This document shows, piece by piece, positions 1 through 7,468 of a stretch of 64,000 nt of DNA. Each line of letters opens with the position of its first letter. Position 1 is the first letter of the stretch. The notes beneath the pieces are model-generated. The model saw nothing but the letters and a program-made list of their open reading frames with translations. It was not told the origin of the DNA and searched no databases. The DNA comes from Myxococcota bacterium (GTDB lineage Bacteria; Myxococcota_A; UBA796; SXON01), in assembly GCA_040386535.1 (NCBI GenBank), contig JAZKFH010000005.1, positions 222,298-286,297 on the forward strand, read 5' to 3'. The position numbers and the translations under genes are program-made.

Positions 1-830
1 CAGGTCACCGCGGACGAGGCCCCTGCGGCTCGCACTCGCCCCACTACCCGCTCGTTGAACGCCCCGTCCGGGTAGGCGAAGGCCACAGGAGCCGACGTCG
101 CGGCGATGGTCGCAATGGACTCACCCACCTCGCGGTCGAGCTCCTCGTCGCTCAGCTGCGTAAGCCTCGGATGCCCGACGCTGTGCGCGCCGACGCGCAT
201 CCCGATTTGGACCAGGGCCAGCCAGTCCTCGGAGGCTAGGTAGAGCCGCCTCGCGAGGTCGGGCGGCATGGTCGTCCCAGTGCTCTCGGCGAGCGCGTGG
301 AGCATCCGTCGCTGCTCCGCGGGCGTTGCAGCAAGGAGGGCGACCTTCGGCGGCCCCCCGACCCAGGCCGCCTTTTCCTCGGCCGTGTCGATCCGCCCGC
401 GGAAGGTACCGCCATCCGGCATCCCGACTGTAGCGGAACCGCGCTCGGCGTGGTCGAGGAGCCAGTACCAGGCGTCCACCACGCCCACAGCGCTCCCGTT
501 GCCCCGGAGCCCCGTGGCGACGTAAAAGGTGGCTGTCGCACCGCGCGCCGCGAGCATCGGGGCGACCACGTCGAGGTGCTCGCGGTAGCCGTCATCGAAG
601 GTGAGGACGGAGCCCGTGGGAGGTTCTTCGCGCGCGACCAGCGCCCCTTCGACCGCCGCCAGGGGCACGATCGGCCCCGCCTCGTCGAGCACGCGCTCGA
701 GCTCGGCGACGGTGAGCGCCGTTCCGCGCATCCGGTAGCAGTTGGGGAGTCCGAACGCTGCCGGCTCGGCCGGCAGTACCCGGTGAAACATCAGAATGCG
801 GGTCCCCGTCTGACGCAGACTACTCGGCAT
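1..830 (-). CDS. Polysaccharide deacetylase (NodB/CE4 family), 3' end beyond window edge
   Basis: Not in the ORF track; translated by hand from ATG at 830: MPSSLRQTGTRILMFHRV...VLTFDDGYREH...ATFYV...VGAHSVGHPRL...FAYPDG. It has the CE4 motifs TFDDG, HSxxH and FAYPxG. Confidence 0.9.
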   Translation of the reverse strand, partial: MPSSLRQTGTRILMFHRVLPAEPAAFGLPNCYRMRGTALTVAELERVLDEAGPIVPLAAVEGALVAREEPPTGSVLTFDDGYREHLDVVAPMLAARGATATFYVATGLRGNGSAVGVVDAWYWLLDHAERGSATVGMPDGGTFRGRIDTAEEKAAWVGGPPKVALLAATPAEQRRMLHALAESTGTTMPPDLARRLYLASEDWLALVQIGMRVGAHSVGHPRLTQLSDEELDREVGESIATIAATSAPVAFAYPDGAFNERVVGRVRAAGASSAVT

Positions 831-1497
831 CGCGCCCCCTCCCCTTCCTCAGGAGGAAGCCCAGCTCCACGGCCGGAAAGGGCTCTTCGTTCATGAGGAA
901 TCGATAAGCGCCTCGCCACGGCTCCTCCCAAACCAGCACGACCTCGAACGCCGCCACCAGCCTCTCGAGCGCGCCTCGGTCGAGGGCGTGGGGATGACCG
1001 GCGTTTCTCTCCTGGTCCGGCGGATTGACCTCGCATGAGAACCACAGCCAACCGCCGGGACGTAGGACCCGCCAGATCTCCCGAACGACGGCCCAGGGGT
1101 CGTCGGTGTGGTCGATGCAGTTCGTGCAGACGACGAGATCCACCGTCCCGCCCGCGAGGGGCAGGCACTCGCCGTGGCCGAGCGCGTAGCTCACGCGGTC
1201 GTGAGGCAGGTCGAACCGCGCACCGTAGTGCTCGGCAAGCGGATCGATACACAGGCGGCGACCAGGGAGCCAGCGAAGGGGGGTGGTCAGCCCGCCCCCG
1301 ACATCGACGGAGAGGGAGCTCGGAGTCAGGCTCACGCGCGCCAGAACCTCGTCCATCCGACGTGCCTCCGTCCAGTACGCGCGAAGGCGCTGTTCGGCGT
1401 CGGGCTGTGCCAGGCGCGGCATCAGCTTTCGAGACTGCCAGGCGAGCGTCCATTGGAGGCGCTCGGGGAGATCCAACTCGTCCGGCTCAGAACCCAC
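820..1497 (-). CDS. Class I SAM-dependent methyltransferase (Methyltransf_11-like)
   Basis: VDVGGG motif I, GHGECLPLAGGTVDLVVCTNCIDH and EIWRVLRPGG. Start moved to the GTG at 1497, which overlaps the upstream stop at 1487. Confidence 0.85.
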   Translation of the reverse strand: MGSEPDELDLPERLQWTLAWQSRKLMPRLAQPDAEQRLRAYWTEARRMDEVLARVSLTPSSLSVDVGGGLTTPLRWLPGRRLCIDPLAEHYGARFDLPHDRVSYALGHGECLPLAGGTVDLVVCTNCIDHTDDPWAVVREIWRVLRPGGWLWFSCEVNPPDQERNAGHPHALDRGALERLVAAFEVVLVWEEPWRGAYRFLMNEEPFPAVELGFLLRKGRGRDAE

Positions 1498-2035
1498 GGC
1501 TGCCCTCCCGAGTCCCAACCAGAGAGACAGCGAGGCGCACGGCCTCGTCCGCGTTCGCGGCCCGGTGCAGCAAGTCGTCGCGGCGGTGGTCCAGGCGCTC
1601 CCCGGCCAGCCGGGCGCTCCACCCTTCGCCGAGGTCCAGCGTGACGATGGGCTTGCCGTGCTGCCAGGCGAGCGCAATCTCACTCAGCGTGCCCGACCCG
1701 CCACCGACGGCCACCACCACATCCGCCATCGCGACGAGAATCGTGTTGCGAGCGTAGTTCATGCCGGTGGGGATCACGAGATCCACGAACGGATTGGCCT
1801 CAGCCGCGACGAGCCCCGGCAGGACGCCGATGACGCTGCCGTCAAGCCATCCGTCGGCATGCCGCCCACCGCGCGAAGCCGCCGTCATGACGCCGCCGAG
1901 GCCGCCGGTCGCCACGCGGAGGCCCGCGTCCACGAGCCCGCGTCCGATGGCCTCGGCAGCCAGCAGGATCTCCTCGGACGCGGAGTTCGCGCCCACCACC
2001 GCCGCGACAAAGCGTCGATTCGATTCGTTCGTCAT
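1487..2035 (-). CDS. TIGR00725-like LOG/SLOG Rossmann nucleotide-binding protein
   Basis: VATGGLGGVMTAASRGG, PTGMNYARNTILV, VAVGGGSGTLSEIALAWQHGKPIV. Confidence 0.9.
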   Translation of the reverse strand: MTNESNRRFVAAVVGANSASEEILLAAEAIGRGLVDAGLRVATGGLGGVMTAASRGGRHADGWLDGSVIGVLPGLVAAEANPFVDLVIPTGMNYARNTILVAMADVVVAVGGGSGTLSEIALAWQHGKPIVTLDLGEGWSARLAGERLDHRRDDLLHRAANADEAVRLAVSLVGTREGSRGF

Positions 2036-2038
2036 GCG

Positions 2039-2752
2039 CTATCCGTGCCAGGGGCCGAGGAGGACGAGCGTGTGGTACGGCACGTCCCTCCCGTCGGTGA
2101 TGGTGAGTACTTCGGCGAGGGTGGAGTCGATGATGCGCTCGTCGGGCCAGCCAATCCGGTGCCCGATCACGACACGCCCGCCCGGCCCGAAGTGCCGCGT
2201 GCCAATCTCGACCACCTCCGCAAGCGACCGATCCGCAAGGAAGAGGGCGAGCGGAATGCCGAGCGCCGCCAGGGCTTCCATGCGGCTACGAGCGACGTGC
2301 GCCGGGTCCCGGCCGGGCGCATAGATCGCGAGCGGACACCCGGATTCGGGGCGCGCGTGCTCCATCCCCATGCGCGCGAGGAGCGCCTGGAGGCTGGTCA
2401 CGCCGGGATGCACCTCGAAGTCGACGTTCTCCGCACGCAGCCATGCGGCGTTGCCCGAAAGTGAACTGAAGTGCCCAGGCTCTCCCGAGTAGAACGAGGG
2501 ATCCCCCGAGCAGAGCCACGCGACACGCTTGCGCTCGCCGATGGCCGTCCGTACCCAGCCCCGGATTTCCGCGTCGCTGAACCAACGGCCCCACACCAAC
2601 TCTCCGCGAACGAGCGAGCGGATGGAGTCCGCGATCTGCGTTCCGGGAAAGATGACCAGCTCGGCTTCATGCAACGCGGTTCGGGCACCCTTGGTGAGGT
2701 AGCGGTCGTCCCCGCCCGGTCCAATCCCGACGATGTGGACGGTCGGGGACAC
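2039..2752 (-). CDS. Tetrapyrrole-methylase family SAM methyltransferase (CobM/CbiF-like)
   Basis: VHIVGIGPG...YLT, LCSGDPSFYS, VHPGVTSLQA, HRIGWPDERII. GTG start at 2752 follows GAGGA. Confidence 0.8.
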   Translation of the reverse strand: MSPTVHIVGIGPGGDDRYLTKGARTALHEAELVIFPGTQIADSIRSLVRGELVWGRWFSDAEIRGWVRTAIGERKRVAWLCSGDPSFYSGEPGHFSSLSGNAAWLRAENVDFEVHPGVTSLQALLARMGMEHARPESGCPLAIYAPGRDPAHVARSRMEALAALGIPLALFLADRSLAEVVEIGTRHFGPGGRVVIGHRIGWPDERIIDSTLAEVLTITDGRDVPYHTLVLLGPWHG

Positions 2753-2759
2753 CCCATCC

Positions 2760-3713
2760 TCAACCTGCAATGGCCACCTCCTGGCGCTCGTCACGGAACC
2801 ACGCCACCGTACGCCGGATGCCCTCGTCGAACGCGACGACCGGCTCGAAGCCCAACAAGCGCCGCGCCGCACCGATGTCGGCATGGCTGTGCGGCATGTC
2901 CCCCGTACGCTCCGGGCCGAACTGCGGATCGGCGTCGAACCCAGCTTCGCAGGCGATGGCCCTCCAGAGTTCGAGCACGCTGACCCTACCGCCACACGCG
3001 ATGTTGAGCACCGAGCCGGCTGCCTCAGCGGGGGCATTCAATGACAGCCGTACCGCATGCACGACGTTGTCCACGTAGGTGAAGTCCCGGCTGAACGAAC
3101 CGTCCCCGTGGATCACGGGGCACTCCCGGTTCAGCGCGGCCTCCGCAAAGCGCGGGACGACGGCGGCGTACGCCCCCCCGGGGTCCTGCCGCGGGCCGAA
3201 GACATTGAAGAAGCGGAGCCCCACCGTGTGAACGCCCCACGCGGCGGTCCAGGCGCGGGCGAAGTGCTCGAACGACGCCTTGCTCGCGGCGTAGGGAGAG
3301 AGCGGTCGACGAAGCTGCGTCTCCACTTTCGGGAGCGCGGGGTCGTCACCGTAAACGCTGCTCGATGACGCGTACACGAAGCGACCGACCTCAACGGCGC
3401 GCGCGGCCTCCAACAGGTTGAAGCCTCCCATGACGTTGACCTCCATCGCGGAACGGGGGTCGACGAGCGAGCGAGGGACCGAGTTGCGGCCCGCGAGGTG
3501 GACGACCGCCTGTGCTCCGCGCATGGCCTCCGCGCAGGTCGCCGGGTCGCGGATGTCGCCGTGGAGGAACGCCCAGCGCGACGCCGTCGGGAGGTTCCGG
3601 GCGTGACCGGTGGAGAGGTCGTCGAGGCCGATGACCTCGTGCCCGTCGGCGAGCAGGGCGCGGGTGACGTGGGAGCCGATGAAGCCGGCAGCTCCGGTGA
3701 CGAGGACGCGCAT
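2760..3713 (-). CDS. NAD-dependent nucleotide-sugar epimerase (WbpP/GalE-like extended SDR)
   Basis: VLVTGAAGFIGSH, YASSSSVYG, SPYAASK (YxxxK), LRFFNVFGPRQDP, SRDFTYVDNVV. Confidence 0.95.
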   Translation of the reverse strand: MRVLVTGAAGFIGSHVTRALLADGHEVIGLDDLSTGHARNLPTASRWAFLHGDIRDPATCAEAMRGAQAVVHLAGRNSVPRSLVDPRSAMEVNVMGGFNLLEAARAVEVGRFVYASSSSVYGDDPALPKVETQLRRPLSPYAASKASFEHFARAWTAAWGVHTVGLRFFNVFGPRQDPGGAYAAVVPRFAEAALNRECPVIHGDGSFSRDFTYVDNVVHAVRLSLNAPAEAAGSVLNIACGGRVSVLELWRAIACEAGFDADPQFGPERTGDMPHSHADIGAARRLLGFEPVVAFDEGIRRTVAWFRDERQEVAIAG

Positions 3714-4954
3714 CAGACCCCCACCGCGCCGGCGAGCGTGCCGGTCGCGTCGAACAGGTTGAGCCCCGATGCCACGAGCGCCGCCAGGATGGCGTCACCC
3801 TGCGGGACGAGCAGAACCGCGGATGTGGCCCGAGCGAGTCCATCAGAGAAGCCGACCCCCTCGAGATCGCCGGGCGACTCCACCAGCGCGTCATAGGCCA
3901 GCACGCGCCGGTTCATGCCGGAGAGCGCGCGTGCGGCGGAGAGCGCCGCCGATTCCCGCGTGTCGGGGACACCGGGCTTGTAGGTGAGCCCCACGACCAG
4001 AACGGTCTCGCCCGGGTCGGTCTGCGCGGCAACGCTGGCGGCAACGGCGTGAGGACGGCGGGCGTTGGACAGGAGCGCGCCTTCCAGAAGCGCGAGCGGT
4101 GCACCCCGGGACCGGCCGCGGTGAACGAGGAAGGCAGGATCGACCGCGACACAGTGCCCACCCGCGCCGACCCCCGGCCAGAACGCCTGGTAGCCGTATG
4201 GTTTGGTGGCGGCCGCGGCGACGATGGCTCGGGGGTCCACGCCTTCCGAGCGACAAAGAGTGGCAAACTCGTCGATGAAAGCGACGTTGAGGAGGCGGTA
4301 GGAGTTCTCCAACAACTTGGCGTACTCGGCGACCCGCAGCGACACGGAATGGACCGCGACCCCGACAGCGCGCAGCACGGCGAGGGCGCGAGCCTGAGCA
4401 TCATCGTCCACTCCGGCGACGAGGCGGGGAATGTCGCGCAGGCGCCAGCCGGCCTGGTTGAGCTGCGGGTCGATGCGCTCGGGCGCGTAGGCGAGCGCCA
4501 CGCGCCCGTCATGGCCGAGCTGCGGCCGAAGCTCCTCCACGAAGCCGGGCCGCACCGTGGACTCGAGGATGACCAGGGCATCGGGGCGACCGTGGCGGGC
4601 GAACGCCGAGGCACAGGCGCGAACCGCCTCGTGTCGGGCCTCACCGTCCTCCATGGGCGTCGGGACACAGATGAACACCACGTCCGCCGCAGCGAGGGCG
4701 TCCGCGTCCGCGGTCAGGCTGAGCCGGCCAACCCGGAGTGCGCTGACGAGCGCGAAGGACGCGGACTCGTGGCCGCTCTGTAGGCTTGCGACACGGCGGG
4801 CGTCCACGTCGATGCCAGTGACACGGAAGCCGGCTTCCGCGTAGGCGGTGGCGACGGGCCAGCCGACGTAGCCGAGGCCGAGCACCACCACGGTCACCCG
4901 CGCGGGGTCGACGAGATGGGAAACCAGCGCAACGGCCACACGTTCACTCTGCAT
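3713..4954 (-). CDS. UDP-N-acetylhexosamine/nucleotide-sugar 6-dehydrogenase (WbpA/WbpO-like)
   Basis: GLGYVG, ICVPTP, ILESTVRPG, APERIDP, AKLLENSYR, catalytic GAGGHC and GLTYKPGVPDTRES. ATG at 4954. Confidence 0.93.
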   Translation of the reverse strand: MQSERVAVALVSHLVDPARVTVVVLGLGYVGWPVATAYAEAGFRVTGIDVDARRVASLQSGHESASFALVSALRVGRLSLTADADALAAADVVFICVPTPMEDGEARHEAVRACASAFARHGRPDALVILESTVRPGFVEELRPQLGHDGRVALAYAPERIDPQLNQAGWRLRDIPRLVAGVDDDAQARALAVLRAVGVAVHSVSLRVAEYAKLLENSYRLLNVAFIDEFATLCRSEGVDPRAIVAAAATKPYGYQAFWPGVGAGGHCVAVDPAFLVHRGRSRGAPLALLEGALLSNARRPHAVAASVAAQTDPGETVLVVGLTYKPGVPDTRESAALSAARALSGMNRRVLAYDALVESPGDLEGVGFSDGLARATSAVLLVPQGDAILAALVASGLNLFDATGTLAGAVGV

Positions 4955-6440
4955 CGGAGGTCTCCGTCTCGTGGAGGCGAGCTTCCGCATCCTCCAGTTT
5001 CCGCTTGAAGTTCCTGGCGTGGTCGCCCATGCCGATCATCCGCCCGGCAGCGGCGTGCTTGGAGCCGGCCGCCCGGAGCGCCGCCCGCATCGTCTCGACC
5101 TCGATGCGCTTCATCTCGGCCGCGAGGTCACAGGGCAGCGCGAGCGAAGTGGCCCCGGACGGGAGCGCCGCCGTCCGCAGCGCCTCGCGCAACACGTCCG
5201 CGCCCAGTTTGGATGCGTTGGGAGGCCCGTCCATCACGGCGCGGAGCAACACCAAGCGAAGCTCACGGACGTTGCCCGGCCAACGATGCTCACGGAGCGC
5301 GGCGATGCCGTCCGACTCCACCGCGACGTCCTTGGCGATGTTGCCGAGCAACCGGCGACAAAGGACCGGCAGGTCGTCGAGGCACTCGCGGAGCGGCGGC
5401 AGGCGAATCAGACCGGCGGCGACCCGGTAGTAGAGGTCCTCCCGCATGGAGGAACCGCCGTTCATCGCCGGGTGGCGACGGGGGTCGTCGAGGGCCGCCA
5501 CGACGAGCCGCGCGTGGATCTCGTCGGCGGGACGGGTGGATCCGAGCCGCTCCACGAGGAGGATGCCCTCTTCTACCCGATTGAGCGCCCGCAGCAGCTT
5601 GCCTTGCACCGCGGGCTCGAGGTTGAACACCTCGTCGAGGAAGAAGGTGCCGCCGTTCGCCTCACGGATGCGCCCAGGTCGATCCTCGTCGGCACCGGTG
5701 AACGCGCCCTTGACGTGTCCGAACAGCAAGCTCTCAGCGAGCGGGGCGGGCAACTGCGCCGCGTTCTGCGTCATCAGGCGGCCGGTCCGCGCGGACTGCT
5801 CATGGAGCATGGTCGCGACGACCTCCTTGCCGGTGCCCGTCTCTCCGAGGACCAACACCGGGAACGGCCGGTCCGCGTAGCGAGCCACCTGCTCCCGAAC
5901 CCTCAAGATCCCCACCGACTCTCCGTTGAGATCCGCCGTGAGATCGTCCGGCGGCGGCGCTCGGAACTTGTCGCGCCGATGCTCCCAGCGAAGGCTGGAG
6001 CGAAGTTCCGCGTCGCCGAGGCGAAGGTTCACTCTCGGATAGACGGCTACGGCCTCGACGACCGCAGCCAGCAACGACGGCGGGAAGTCAGCCGCGAGCA
6101 GGACTTCCAGCACTGAACTCTGTCGGAGCGGCATCCGGAACCCGAGCTCGGCGAGGTAGTGGGCGAGGCCGTCAGGGAGGGAGGCATCGCTGTCCGAGTT
6201 CCAGGTGTCCGCACAGATCTCGACGGGCGCGAACAGATTCACCCCGTTCTTCGTGATCCCGTCGAGGCCAAGCAGCTGGCTCATCGACTCCCGCCGCTTC
6301 TCCCGCCCCTTGCCGAGGAGCACCACCCAGCAGGGAGGGTGGTTCGCGGCTTCCTGGGCTACCCGGACGTCGGAGGCGTGGTTGCTATCGGCCCGCTTGG
6401 GGTCAGGACGCACCAGCACCAGGGTGGCCTTGTTCTTCAT
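4944..6440 (-). CDS. Sigma54-dependent enhancer-binding transcriptional activator with unrecognised N-terminal domain
   Basis: Walker A GETGTGKE, ESLLFGHVKGAFTGA, Walker B FFLDEV, REDLYYRV, WPGNVREL and a C-terminal Fis-like HTH. ATG at 6440 overlaps the upstream stop (ATGA). Confidence 0.93.
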   Translation of the reverse strand: MKNKATLVLVRPDPKRADSNHASDVRVAQEAANHPPCWVVLLGKGREKRRESMSQLLGLDGITKNGVNLFAPVEICADTWNSDSDASLPDGLAHYLAELGFRMPLRQSSVLEVLLAADFPPSLLAAVVEAVAVYPRVNLRLGDAELRSSLRWEHRRDKFRAPPPDDLTADLNGESVGILRVREQVARYADRPFPVLVLGETGTGKEVVATMLHEQSARTGRLMTQNAAQLPAPLAESLLFGHVKGAFTGADEDRPGRIREANGGTFFLDEVFNLEPAVQGKLLRALNRVEEGILLVERLGSTRPADEIHARLVVAALDDPRRHPAMNGGSSMREDLYYRVAAGLIRLPPLRECLDDLPVLCRRLLGNIAKDVAVESDGIAALREHRWPGNVRELRLVLLRAVMDGPPNASKLGADVLREALRTAALPSGATSLALPCDLAAEMKRIEVETMRAALRAAGSKHAAAGRMIGMGDHARNFKRKLEDAEARLHETETSDAE

Positions 6441-7468
6441 CCGATCACCCCGTCGATTGGGAGGACGCTGTAGAGCTTGCTGTGCCGCTCCGAATCGGTG
6501 AGCGCCACGCGGGCGAGGAGCCGACCATCCGCCCGATCGAGCAGCAGCACGCTCGTCTCGCTCCCTTCCGGGTCGCGTTCGGCCCAGCGATGGCGCGGCA
6601 GCCGCCCTCGCCGGACCTCGGTCAGCCCGACGAGGAGATGTTGATCGCTGATCGCGAGGCCGCGGCACCAGCCGTAGTGGCCCGTGTCGAACGCCTCGAA
6701 CCGTCGCCGTTCGCCGAGCGTCGCCGCATCGAGCTCGATGACGGCGCCGTCGATGGCCGTGAGCCAGAGCGAGTCGCCATGCACGTCTCCATCGTGGAGG
6801 AAGGCCCCGGGAAGTCGGGCGGCGATCTCGAAGGTCCGAAGGTCCCGCAGGGTGCCGTCGGCGAAGCACGTGGCGAGCAGGCGGTCGCCCACGAAGGCCA
6901 CGTGGTTGACGTGCAGAGGGTCGGGCACCTTGAGCTGGTGGAAGGGGCCCGACCGCCGATTCGACGTGTGGTAGCCGTCGTCCGGCGGGTCATCGGGCCA
7001 GGCGGCGGGGGGCGCGCCCGCCCAGCCCGGACGCCACGGCGACGACTCCGGCGGAAGGTCCTCGCCGCCGATCCGGCGGGCGTTGGCCCAAGCAGGAAGC
7101 ACTGCATGGCTGCCGTGGAAGGTCCCGTCGAGCCCGAGCACGTCCACGGCCCCGAGGCCCGTGTTCGAGGCGTAGAGGCGGTCACCTCGAACGGCGACGT
7201 GGTGCAGGTCGTTCATGCAGGGCTGGTGGAGCATCCCGGTGACAGACGCGCGCCGAGGGTCGATCCGGACAACGGCCGCGTGCGCCGCGACGTAGAGCAT
7301 CCCGTCGGAAGCGAAGCTTCCGCCCGCGAGGCCCCTGGTCGCGACGTGCAGGTGGGGCGGCGGGGACCACCGCACGAGGACCTCCGCTCGCTCGGCGGCA
7401 AGGTCCACGAGCCAGACCACGCCGTCCCCACCCTCGTCGTAGTAGCCGCCGGTCACAAGCACCTTCAC
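6437..7468 (-). CDS. Beta-propeller protein of unknown function (DUF4915/YncE-like)
   Basis: Repeated blade-like segments NDLHHVA, HVNHVA, FLHDG, GWCRGLA. GTGA overlap with the upstream stop at 7465. Confidence 0.6.
   Translation of the reverse strand: MKVLVTGGYYDEGGDGVVWLVDLAAERAEVLVRWSPPPHLHVATRGLAGGSFASDGMLYVAAHAAVVRIDPRRASVTGMLHQPCMNDLHHVAVRGDRLYASNTGLGAVDVLGLDGTFHGSHAVLPAWANARRIGGEDLPPESSPWRPGWAGAPPAAWPDDPPDDGYHTSNRRSGPFHQLKVPDPLHVNHVAFVGDRLLATCFADGTLRDLRTFEIAARLPGAFLHDGDVHGDSLWLTAIDGAVIELDAATLGERRRFEAFDTGHYGWCRGLAISDQHLLVGLTEVRRGRLPRHRWAERDPEGSETSVLLLDRADGRLLARVALTDSERHSKLYSVLPIDGVIG

Noticed and set aside
2039..2752. Calling this gene cobM
   Set aside because: The fold matches, but there is no cobalamin gene context and the sequence is divergent, so the symbol was withheld.
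2760..4954. Ordinary O-antigen/capsule locus
   Set aside because: No flippase, polymerase, chain-length regulator or typical GT series is visible, and the neighbours are kinase, oxygenase and NAT genes. Not fully excluded because the operon is truncated by the window.
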